DNA of 64,000 bases from NCBI GenBank assembly GCA_004431415.1, contig QPMI01000114.1, positions 1 to 64,000 of the forward strand, read 5' to 3'. Both the position numbers and the translations under genes were made by a program. The notes beneath the pieces were generated by a model. That model had not been told where the DNA came from. It ran no database searches and was given only the letters and a program-made list of their open reading frames with translations. Below, one piece after another: positions 11,929 through 23,531 of this stretch (position 1 is the first letter of the stretch; each line of letters opens with the position of its first letter). This DNA comes from Cyanophora paradoxa CCMP329 (taxonomy: Eukaryota > Plantae > Glaucophyta).

Positions 11929-13192
11929 CGCACCACGTGGGCCAGCAGCTCGCCCCCCTGAGGCGAGGCTCCTTTCCCTTTCGCTTCGCCCCTTGCGGTG
12001 CGCTGCGGTGAGCTGCCGGCCGCGGCCGCCTCTCCCCCCCCTTCCCCCTTCGCCGATCGTGTACCCCCGTCAGGCCCGACCCCCGGGCGGACGCGGTGGC
12101 GGCGATCGTGTGCGCCGTCCTGAAGGAGGAGCTGCAGGGCCGTCCGGGGCACGGGCCCGGGCAGTGGCGGCCCCGCCTCGGCATCCTCTTCGCCGAGCCC
12201 TAGGCCTGCGCTCCACCCCCGGAGCTTCCGCCCCCGCCTGCTCAGCTGCCGGCCCCGCCGGACGCCTCTGCTCCCGCCCCCGCCGCGCCTTTGGACCCCA
12301 CGGCCCCGCCCCGCCCGCCCGCCCCGCCTCCCCCGACGGGGCCTGGGGCCCGCGCCGCCTGGAAGTTGGAGTACCCCGGCGAGCCCTTCTCCGACGCCCG
12401 CTCCTTCCCCGACGAGCCCGCCCTCTTCCGGGGTGCCCCCTTTCTCCCCCCCCCCCCCCCCCCCCGTACCCCGTCGTCTGAGCGACGTACCCTCCAGGGT
12501 TCGCAGAGCTGGTTCGGGGGATGGACCCGGACGTGCTGCCCGGACATGCTCTCGAGCGCCGCGAGAATGGGCACGGCGTCGACCACGCGACGGGCGTCCA
12601 CGTCTCCGGCCGGTCCGCCCCTCTCTGCCCTCTTACCTTCCCCTTCTTTCCTGGTCTGAACGACCGCAGGCACGTGCTGAACGTGTGGCGGCTGATGCGG
12701 GGGGGGCTCAAGCTGAGCATGCACTCCCTCGAGAACGTCGCCTAGCACCCCCTCAAGGTACCCCCCTCTCGCCCCGTACCCCCCCCCCTCTCCCCGCCGC
12801 CTGAGGGCCCCCCTCAGACGCGGCTGTGGAGACGCGGCGCCCCGGGGGCGCCCCCCGACCCCGTGGCGGGGCGCCCGGCCCCGCGCCGCCGGGCCGCTGG
12901 CGCCCCGCCCGCTACTACGCGTGCGCCGCCCCCGCCCCCGCGTCCCTCCGTGTCCTCGCGCCTCCTCCAGCCCCCCGCGCTGCCGGGGCGCAGGCAGCGG
13001 GCGCGGGCAACGCCCCGCCATCCTCCCGCCTCCACCTTAAGCTTCCTCAACGCCCCGCCATCCTCCCATCCTCCAAGGCCGTCGACCTTTTCTCCCGCCT
13101 CCACCTTAAGCTTCCCGACCCCGCGGCCCCGCTGGCGCGTGCCTTCGGCAGCGACTTCTTCGCCGCCCTCGCCCGCGGCCCCCAGGTCCGAG
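11929..13192 (+). pseudogene. REV3: DNA polymerase zeta catalytic subunit fragment (inactive exonuclease-like region), copy 1
   Basis: Ordered motifs resemble REV3 (LTLLSVEVHA..PDP..D, DPDIL.G, GRHVLNIWR.MR, LARLFGIDFFSVLSRGSQ.R): HHVGQQLAPL, PDPRADAVAAIV, RSFPDEPALF, MDPDVLPG, RHVLNVWRLMRGGLKLSMHSLENVA, RWRPARYY, LARAFGSDFFAALARGPQVR. Contains an in-frame stop at 12743-12745 and frameshifts. Confidence 0.75.
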
Positions 13193-13303
13193 GGGCGTCC
13201 CCAGGGCGAATCAGGAAGCGCAGGGGGCTACGGGCCCGGGAAGGGAACTCAGGGGGCTCCGGGGGAACCCCAGCCTGGCAGGTCCTCTCTCTCACCGCCA
13301 ACT

Positions 13304-13456
13304 AGGGAGCTAGGGGAGAGGCGAAGCTAGGGTCCGAAGGGAAGCTCGGGCGAAGCAGGAAGCTCGGGCGAAGCAGGAAGCTCGCGATCGGGCGAAACAG
13401 CTGCAGGAAGCTCGGGGGCTAGGAAGCTCGGGGAAGCTCGGGAGCTAGGGGAGAGG
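13304..13456. repeat. Short tandem repeat of GGAAGCTCGGGCGAAGCA-like units
   Basis: Repeated ggaagctcgggcgaagca / ggagctagggg units. Confidence 0.75.
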
Positions 13457-13815
13457 CGCCGCGCCCGCCCCCAGCTTAATTCACTGGTCCGGATCCGGAG
13501 TCGCGGATCCGGATTGAGCTCGCAAGTTACCGGTACCGGGTAAGAGTCGCAACCTGGCATGCGCAGCTGCAGGCTGCAGCCTGCATGCGCAGGCAAAAGC
13601 TCAGCGGCTAAAGATAGACTCTGAGATCGAAATCTGCAGCTGGCCATGCATGGGATCCCGGGTCCTAGATCTAGATCAGGCTTTAATTACTCTGAGGTGA
13701 GCCTCGGAGCGGCCTAGGCTGCTGGCTGCTGCAGTGCCACACAGACCTAGAATAGTAATACGGTGCGCATATATAGTAAGGCAACTTCGTCGTCGAGAGC
13801 GTCGTCGCGGGACGA

Positions 13816-15129
13816 ATGGTGGCGTCCAACAGCGTCCACGCAACCCCGGCCGCAACCGCAACTAGCGCCTGGCTGCCGGATGTCGAAGGAGCGCCCGGAG
13901 GGGAAGGAGCAAGCGCGGGCAGCGGCAAGAAGATTGCTATCGACATTCGCTCAGTGCTCCTTGATCCCACATCGCCGTTCTACAAGTTCGCCAAGCAGCT
14001 CAACGAGGCAGATCTCAATGGTCAGCGCGCCCAGCGCCCCTGGCCAGCAGCCGGGCTCTTGCTCGCGTGCGATGACCTGCTGTGAATGAGCGATTTGCGC
14101 AGGGGATGGCGAAATAACACTCCCGGAACTTATCCAGCTCTTCCGTGCGCATCAGTATCCAGTTTGCTTGTCCAAGGCCTCGGGCTCATGAGCTCTAGAT
14201 CTTGCAATATCAATTGGCCATGGCTGCAGCTGATCATGATCGTCTCGTGCAGGTCGCCTCTCGAAAGGAGAGCGGAAGGCGCGGCTTATGAAGGCTCTCG
14301 CTATGTGCGCGGCATGCATATGCATCTTTGATCATGAGCCAATGCCGCGCGTCGAGAACCATCCCGCTGTGACGCTCACAACATGTATGTACATGTGTAC
14401 AACGCAGCCTGATGCTCGTGGCCGTGGTGCTTATCGTGGCGGTCGTTGGCGGCATCACGTTCTGGCTCCTGCAGATCACGAAGGAGGCGAAGGTGCAGAA
14501 CAGCGCATTCCTCGTCGCCACTGGCCAGACAAACACGGGAGCGCCCAACCAAGCTGTCCTCGTGGGCAAGCCGGTACGGTCCAGTGCAATTTTAAATTGA
14601 ACCGGTACCGATTATTCACGCTGCATATGCATGTGCAACGCAGCAAGCGAACTTCACGCTGGACACAGCGATTGCCACAAAAACCATTCGCCGCGTGCTC
14701 CTCGCTGCGATGACCGCCAATGCAAGCTCACCGGATCCGCTCGTTGCGTTTGGCACTGCACCGCGAGGCGTGTTTGTGAGGGCTTGCGACGCCTACAACC
14801 AGGTGCGCATGGGGCTTCGAGTTTGAAGACTTCTCAATCTCGTCTGTGCTCACGTGCACGTACGTATACGTATACGCGTGGGCTGTGTCAGGGTCACCTC
14901 ACGATGTCCGTGAACGTCGAGCTGACCCAACCCGCCATCAAGGAGATCGAGGAAGTCAAAGTCACGCGAGTCAGCGGGTGCTCGAACGCGGCGGCTGCAA
15001 TTGAACTCTCTGCGAGCGGGCGCCTCTCTTCGTTAGTCTGCTATAGCTATCAACGCCTGAACGCACGCGTACGATCAGTTCACTTGGCGCGGTCATACGA
15101 TAACGATCGTCTGCCCCGCTCAAGCTTCG
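13816..15129 (+). CDS. 5' half of EF-hand/TM/Hint-domain gene, interrupted by a LINE
   Basis: Splicing intron 14021-14102 creates a canonical EF-hand loop DLNGDGEITLPE. A later exon encodes the TM segment LMLVAVVLIVAVVGGITFWLL followed by KEAKV. The last exon FTWRGHTITIVCPAQAS runs into the TSD. Confidence 0.7.
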
Positions 15130-18100
15130 GGGATTCCTGTACCCCAAGAAATTGGACAAAGGGCGCCCCGCTGCCGAGCCTCGTGGGCTGGGCGACCAGC
15201 ACGACCACAGGAGAAGGACGGTTAGGGTGAGAGCAACTGCTGGACAGAGTTTGGGCCCGGCGATCATGGTGCACAGTTAGCTCCCCATCCCGCCGTTCCT
15301 CCATCACGATAGCTTCCGGGGCTCCATGAGGGTCCCTCCCGTCTCCTTCCCTCACGTCCTGACTGCCCGCCGGGCTTCCCGTCCGAATCCCTTCCCGTCC
15401 TACCTGCGAGAGCCCCAGAGCTCCTCGCTTCCCGACGAACCTGCCTCCCGTCCTATCTCATCCTGTCCTGCTTGCCTCGAACGCTTTAAATGCCGCACAC
15501 TAGAACCCGCGTTCGAGTACAGTCTGCCTTGCGCTCCCTGCGCCCGCCGACTGCCCAACATGCCCATTCGTTTCCTTAACCAACGCGTATGTCTATCGTC
15601 AACCACAGCACTCGAATTGCTCATGAGTCCAGTCCGCGCACTCTTGCGCCACGCGTTGACCCGGCGTACTGTTGGCCGCCATTGCCCCGAGCGCAGACTG
15701 CCGCGGAGCCCTGTCGACTCGGTCGTCCTTTCGCAGTGGACTTCAGCGCTAGTATGGCCCCTCCGCGCCGGGGCGCAGTGTCGGCGGCTGATGCCGCCCC
15801 TGTAACTAGTGACCCCGGCGCTGACGTAAACGCAGCCGCGCCCCCGCCCGTAGACACAGCTGCCGCACCTCCACCCAACCTGATAACGTTTGGCACGCTC
15901 TTCCCGCCCGCGCACTTTGCCGAGGGGAGCCCGCTCATAGGCCCGGCGCCCGCCCTCTCCCGTCACAAACCTGAAGGCGCCCTCCGCGTGATGACCTTTA
16001 ACACAAGGGGCACGTCGGCGGGCCGGCTGCAGCAGGCGGAGGACTTTGCGCAGAAATGGGCCTTGGATTTGATGGCCCTGCAGGAACTTTCGGTCTCGAA
16101 CGCCGAGATGCAGGCGGCCCTCTTCACCCCGGCCGCCGCCCCCGGCGAGGCCCCGCTCAGCTCGATCACGCGCGGGAGGCTGATCCACTCGATTAAGAAA
16201 TCGAAAACCAAAGGGAACGGGACGCTCTCTGGGTCGCCGAGCCGTGGGCGCGCCACATCGCGCGGCACTACCGCTGCCCGGGCAGACTCGCCGGGTGTGA
16301 AATCCGCCTCAAGGCGAACCGCCAGCTGTTCGTCGCGAGCGTCTACATGCCTCCCACCGAGAGTAAACCTGAGCACATCGCGGATCAAAAGGCGCTGATG
16401 GAGTGCCTCGAGCGCATCAACGCGGACTTTCGCTCTCGCGCGAAAGCTCACCTGATTCTCCTGGGTGACTGGAACTCTGTTGCGATCCCGGCCATCTCCC
16501 GCATTCGTCAGGGCAGCTTCGTCCAGTCCCAGATACCGGAACGCGCGTGGTGGGGGACGCTGCGAGGCACTTGGGGACTGTTAGATGCGGCAGAAGAGAA
16601 AAGAAAAGGAGCAGAGGTCACCTTTATTGCCCGCCACGGCCCGCCAGCGGAGACATCGGGGGCCGCGCCAGCGGACGACGACGAAACCGGGGACTCGGCG
16701 GTCGAGGCGCCGGAACTCGTGCTGGACGACCGCCTGCTGGATCCTGCGCCCGACGACGCTATCACCTCGGCAGGGCGCATCGATGCGGTGCTCCACTCGG
16801 CGAGCCTGAAAAAGGCGCTGCGATCGGTGCATGCACTGCCCCGAGCCGTGGCCATGCCGCACCCTTCTGATCACTTCCCCGTCATGGCCGACTATGACCT
16901 GAAAACGGCGGGGCTCAGCCAGCCAGCCAAGGACGAGGCGCGCCCGTCGCAGCCCCCGCCCCTCTTCGCGCTGCACCTCATCGACAAAGAGAAGCTCCCG
17001 GCGTTCCGAAAGGCGGTGGAAGAGCGCCTGCAAGGACTGGAGACAGAACTGGACAAGGCCCTGAACGGCGTTGGCGGCGGCACCGACGAGGAGCGGCGGG
17101 AGCGAATCGGTACCCTCTACCGGCGGGCCACCGAGGACGTGCTGGCGCTCGCTAAAGAACACAAGTGCCTGAAAGCGCGCGGCTCCCGCCCCGCGAGCCG
17201 GCGGCCGGTCGCATGGCAGCTGGTGATGGACAAGAAAGTCGGTCGCCTACTCGCTGGCTGGGCTGCAGAATCCGCTGGAGGCTTACCGTCGTCCCGACTA
17301 ACCACCCGTCTCGAGAAACTTGAGGGCCTCGTCAAAAGCCTCGTCCCGGGACCCGAACCCATGCCGCGCCGCCCCGTCCGCGACCCGGACGACGCAGCGC
17401 CCTTCCCGGCCCGCTACGGGTCGTGGCGACTCTACTTCAAGCTCCTGAACAACTGGCGGAACCGCGTTCGCAGACGCCACCAGAAAGAGACGAGCGCAGA
17501 ACGTAACCGGCAGATCCAGGAGTTCGTCACGGCGCGCCAGGCGCGCTTTGCGGACCCGCGCCAGCTACGCAGCTATCTAAACTCTGTACTTGAACGCTCG
17601 CGCGGGGAGCCGATCATGCACGTCACGCGACTAGCGCGCGACGGAAACTTTTACGAAATTTACACGTCCCCCGATGAGGTCAAAGCCGTCATGGCCGAGC
17701 ACTGGAAGCAATGGTGTGCCAAACGCAACCCCCAGCTTGGCGGCACAGTCGACCTGGTGCCCGACTCCGCGCTAGACTACCTGCCCCCCGACTTCTGGCG
17801 TGCAGTCTACCGGCCCCTAGTCCTGCAAGCTGGCGCAGCAGATGCATTCGCCGGGACAATGATCGAGCCTACGTACGAGGAGCTAGGGGCGTACGTGCGC
17901 TCACTGACAGACGGGGCGGGCGGGCCCTCGAACTGTACAAACGCAATCTTGAAGACGCTCTGGAACCCGGAGCTGCCCGACGCGATGGATCCGGAGGCGT
18001 ACCCACCCCGCGGGCGCCGGCTCCTGATGGCGATTGTCTGCGAGGTGCTCCGCCTCCGCGACCTGCCTAGCGAGATGTGTGAGAGCAATATCTTCGGGAT

Positions 18101-21100
18101 CCCGAAGAAGGGGGTCTGGGACGGGGACATCGAAGGCAACCTCCGCCCCATCACGCTCCAAGAAGTCGGCCTGAAGCTAGCGACGGGCCTGCTCACGAAG
18201 CGACTAGCGGATGCTATAGAGAAGCACGGGGTCCTGCAGGGGGTGAACTATGGCTTCAGGAAGGCCAAGTCGACGTACGACGCCCTGCACCTCACGGTGG
18301 CCATCCTAGAGGACGCTAAAGAGCACCATAAACCCATTTATATCCTGCTCCAAGACATTCGGCGGGCGTACGACTCAGTATCGTGGGTCAGCATGGAGCT
18401 CTCCTCCGCCGGATCGGGGCCCCGGAGGGGTACATTGACCTGCACCGCAATATCTTTGAGCGGCGGCGCGCGCGCGCGATTACAGGGCACGGACTCTCTG
18501 ACGCTTTCGAGCTCGAGTGCGGCCTCCCGCAGGGCGGCATAGAGTCCCCGCTCCACTGGCTCATCTTCTACGACGCCCTCCTCTGCGCCCAGCAAGAATT
18601 GGACAGAGTCGACTGCGATCAAGGCGGGGAGGGGGTCGCGTACGTTCTGGGCGATGCGGTCGCGGACGCCGGGCAGCCTCGCGCGCGCGTCACGGGGTGC
18701 GCGTACGCGGACGACACCCAGTGGTGGAGCGGCACAGCGGCCGGGATTCAGAGACTGGCCGACGTGGCTTCCGAGTTCTTCCGCATGCACGACATCACGG
18801 TCAACGCTTCGAAAACCGAGTTCACGTACAACAACGTCTCACCCGAGCCAGAGGCCCCGCTGCTGGGCCATCCGCGCGTGCCGGTCGGCAAGAAGCTGGC
18901 GCCGGGCGCGCACTTTAAGCTGCTCGGCGTCTACCTGACCGCGAACCTGTCGTGGACGGAGCAGATCAGACAGATGGAGGCGCAGGCCCGCGAGACCGTC
19001 GCGGTCATCGCACGCAAGCAACTGACCGCACAAGAGGCCTGCTACATCGTCGAGGCCGTCGTGCAGGCGCGGATCGCGTACGGACTCAAGGTGGTGCCGC
19101 TGTCGGAAGCCCAGTGCGACCGGCTGGACGCCATCTGGCTGCGAGTAGTTAAGCACCACGGCGGACTTGCGGCGTCAACGTCGAACTATGCGCTCTGGAG
19201 CCACGGCACGTATCGCCTCCCGCGCATGGCGCACCTGATGGCCAAGAACCAGATCACGGACCTGCTCGCGCGGCTCTGCGGCGAGCCGGACGAACTACTC
19301 TCCCAGGTGATGGCCCACCGCGTCCATGCCCTCCAGCGCAAGCTAGGCGTGCCGCTGCTGCCGACAGAGTTTCTGAACGCGCACGTAACGCCACAACTCG
19401 CGAAGGCCAACACGATCGCCGCTGTGATGCCGCTGCTGCAGCGCCGCCAGTACAGGATCCAATCGAACCACGCACGATACGTGAGCGCCCCGTACCCCCC
19501 CGGGGCCGGTGTACCCTGGCCGAAGCCGGCAGAGCTCTTGCGCGAATACGTGCTGGCGACGCACATCCCCAAAGACATCTTCAAAGACGCCGCCCCTACC
19601 CTCTACGCTGCAGGCATGTACTGGATGTCCTCTGTCACGGCGCGCGACGGTGAGCGCCTCTGCACCTGGCGGGACCTGCACCTCCGAGCCCCTCGCGACA
19701 CCCTGCCCTGGGCCGCTCCTTCCTGGTGGAAGACCCTCGCCAAGGCTCTGACGCTAGACGCTAGTGGCAAGGGTGCCCTTCGGTACCCGATGAGGCAGCC
19801 CCCCGGTACCCCACCATCAGCCATGGCGCAGCTGCCAGGCGGAGCTAAGAAATACATTCACCGACCGGACGATTTCGTCTGCTACTACGACCTGGCGACC
19901 ATTCACGATGCGACGATACCGCCCCACGTCGGCCGCCTCCGTACGGCGGACTCCGAGCCGGGCCGCCTTGTTGCGACGGAATGCCGTCTCGAACACTGGA
20001 TCCCTGTCCCGGAAGAAGCGGACCCGATCGCCGACGGCGCCTACTGCCGCTGCGATGGACACTGTCAGCACGAAATCCGGGAGCCGCCCCTTGCGCAGCG
20101 CCGCTACAATATCATACCCGGGGAGGGCCGGCGGCACTGGCACGACGATCACACATGCCCGCGAGCCGCCGGCGCGGCCTGCCGGGCGACGAGCACCTGC
20201 GACGACGCAGGGGAGCACGGGACCTCGGTCGGGGGCTGGGTCGAACATGCCGCCGCGCTGGGAGCCGTACCTGGCGCCGTGTCCACAATTGAGCACGACG
20301 ACGTGCCCGCGGCCGAGTGTGAGGGCCAGACCTCCACCCGCTCAGGTCGCGCCAGCCGCAAAGTACTCTCGCGCCAAGGCCTGCTTGAATACTTTCACCC
20401 CGCACGGGCAGCGGCGGCGGCGATGGATGCGCACCGATGGCGGATGCTGCTGCAAGCCAGGCAAGAAGGGGACGATCGCGTGCAGTGGCACTCCCTCTCG
20501 CCCGAGGATGCCGCCCGCCTCGCCGAGCTGGAAGCGGACCCGCCGGAGCCGCTGCACCTGCCGCAAGACGAGGCGGCCCCGATTACCCCTAGGCAGGCAC
20601 GGAAATACTACTACGCACTGAGGGACGAAGACTCCTGGGCGACCTTCCTGCAGGCGTGGGATGGGCTGGAAGCGAGCCTCCGCCGCGAGCTGCGGGAAGC
20701 TGAAGCCGCCACTGACGGGACCTACGAGGCGGCCGCGCCGGCCCTGGCCTGGACGGACGGGAGCCTGCTGGACGGTCAGACGACCCTAGCGCGCGGAGCT
20801 TATGCGATCCACTGGCCCGCGCGTCACCTGCGCACTGGCGCGAGCCTCCACCCGCCGGAAGTCTTTCCCAACTTTCGCGCCCGCCTGAGTGGGACGCAGG
20901 AGATCAACAAAGCGGAGTTACAGGCAGTGCTTACGGCGGACATACTCTCCCCGTTCGGAGCCGTGGTCCACATCGACAACCAGAATGCGATCCGCTGGTG
21001 TAGGGAATTTGTTCTCGACGCCGCCCAGCGTAGCCCGCGGGAGTACATCCGGCACGTCTGCTCTGCCGAACTATACGCGTGGCGTAAACTCAGGGCCCAA

Positions 21101-23516
21101 CTAGATTTGAGGGGGCGGCCGCTCACGCTGGTGAAAGTGAAGGCGCACGCGCAAGGCGAAGCGCGCGACCTGCACAATGACGTTGCCGACGCTCTTGCGA
21201 ATCGCACAGCCGACGAACAACTCCCTGCAGAGAGCCTTCACGAGCCCGTCTTCCTGCCGCCGGAGTTCAGCATGCCAGCCGTCCTCACAATCGGTAACGG
21301 GGACGGCACCGTGCGACGGGTGGAAGGCGACCCGAAGGAACACATGGACACCTTACATGAGCATCACACGCACTTCGCCTGGGCTCAACAACCACTGGCT
21401 GGAGCAGTTCTACGCCGCGGAAACGCCGGGGCAGACATCGGCGGCCTGTATGCTGAGACGACCGTAGGACCCAGGTTCCGCGGCGCGAGCGGAGCTCGCA
21501 ACGCGCTCTTCAAGTTCAGGACCCAATTGATCTGCAGCTCGCTCCCAGCGAACGAAGTCCGGGTACGGGATAGGCCCGACCTCTACGCAGCCTACAACCC
21601 GGGCGGCCGCTGCGCGGCTTGCGCCACGAGGACTCCATGTGCCCGGCGGAATCGAGCGAACTCGTCGGAGGCGAGCGAGCAGCTCGTGCAAGCCGGCCCT
21701 AGCCGACAGCGCGCGGCCCCCACAGCTCTCACCGCGGGCCCAGCAGAGACATACACGCACGTCTTCCTGTGCCCGGGGCCCCATGCAGTGGCGCACCGCG
21801 CGGAGACCGCCCGTGAGCTGAATCGCTTCCTGCGGCGCGTCCACCGCGAGGCTCACGGCCCCCAGCCCAAAAACGTCGATCCCACGCTGGCGCTCGCTTC
21901 CGGTCTTGTGCCCGCCTACCTACGCGTAGCTGACGATGACGCCGCAGCGCGCAGACTCGACGACGACCCGACCGTCTTCCCGCGGCTCTGGGTACTCCAG
22001 GGCGTCGCTCCTACATCGCTCGAAAGCGACCTGATCCGTCGGCTCGACCTCGACCCGCGCCGCGCACCCCGCACGGCTAAGCGCGTGCGCCAGATGCTAA
22101 TAGAACGCGCGCGTCGGCTCTGGTCTGACAGGTGTGCAACCAACGCCGCATGGGAGAAGGACTGTCGCATCTCCCAGGCCTCCAAACGCCGCCCGCGCCC
22201 GCGCCGCACAGGGGCTAGAGCTAAAGAGCGCGCCCGCGGCCCTCGTGCCCCGATAGAATACTGCCCCGCCTGCGACGGGCCCCTGCACCTCCATAACGAA
22301 CTCCGCGCAGCCCAGAACGCGGACTGCACGCCGGAATACCGAGGATGGAAGGCAGCGCTTCAAGCCCAAGAACTCTACGACAGCACCAAGGTCCGCCCCT
22401 GGAGCCTGCCCCCCCCGGACGATTAACCTACCCTCGTAGGGGGATGGGGGGGGGGGGGGGGGGGCTACCACTGGAGGAGACGCGGAGACACGGAGACTCC
22501 ATCACTACGCCCACTGACGACCTCACTCTCAACCTATCACCTACGGCCGCTCGCTGGGCCCTCGCGCCCGCCGCCGACCCGCCGTCGCCTGCGCGACCTG
22601 CGCCTCCACACCTCTCTCGCTACCGCCGACACGCTCGCCTCCCGCCGCCACCGCTGCTCTTGCCCCCCCTGCCCTCTCTCGCCCGTTGCCCCAGTCGCCC
22701 TTCCCCACGGCCCCTCCCCCCACCCCTCTCCGCCCTCACCGTTCTGCTGATCTCCCGCTACCCCAGGGAGGGGACGGTGGTGCGAGCTGCCAGGTGGAAG
22801 GTCGTCGGTCGGCCGCTGAACCCACCGGCGCCTGCCCCGGCCACGCGCCAGGCCGGGGCGGTCGGACCGCCGCGGAGGGGGCTCGTCATTGCCCGCGGCG
22901 GGGGGGAGGCGGTCGGCGGGCGGCTGGAAGCCCGGCGGAACGCGCCACTGGAGCCTCCCTTCTCCCGACCGCGGCTGCCCGACCCGGTCCTCCCCCGTCC
23001 TGTCCCACCGCCCAACGTCGCCCCATGCCGTGCCCTCCTCCCTGCCCCCGTCCCCCTTACCCCCGACCAACCTTCCCGGATGCCCTGAGCCCGGCGGCTC
23101 CACCAGGCTTGCTCTCGGACGAGCGAGCCCCCGACCCGACCCGCCGTGCCGACGACACGGCGGGCCGTACGCTAGCGTGTACAGGGAGGTTTAGATTATA
23201 GTGCGCCTTCTCGGAGGCCCTAGCTTACTAGGCATAGCGCTAGCTACAGCTGCAGCTCACTTCGCTGCCCACCTCTGATTTCTATTCTCGTCCCTGGGTA
23301 GTCACTCCCTTTCCCGCGTATACGTAGGATCTTTCCTGTGCTGCAGCTCTAGACTTAGTCCCCGGGGTAGCATCTCCAGTTACTTCCACATCCGAGCTCC
23401 ACCCGGTCCGATGTCCGAAAGGCTTAGTCCCGTAGGCTCATCTCTCGACTTGACACAGATGGACACCTCAGTTCCATCTATAGCCATTTGTCTCGGTGTG
23501 TGCGAATTCATTTATG
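15130..23516 (+). mobile_element. Near full-length non-LTR retrotransposon (APE endonuclease-RT-RNase H-Zn finger), 8.39 kb
   Basis: Flanked by the perfect 15-bp TSD cccgctcaagcttcg at 15115-15129 and 23517-23531. No poly(A) tail. Confidence 0.93.
15754..22426 (+). CDS. LINE ORF2 polyprotein with two frameshifts (~16220, ~18400)
   Basis: APE motifs: MTFNTRG, ALQE, SVYMP, LLGDWN, RIDAV, SDHFPV. RT motifs: RPITLQE, QDIRRAYDSV, GLPQGGIESP, AYADDT, LLGV. RNase H motifs: WTDGS, INKAELQAV, HIDNQ, KVKAH, NDVADALA. Zn finger: CAAC...ETYTHVFLC. Confidence 0.93.
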
Positions 23517-23531
23517 CCCGCTCAAGCTTCG

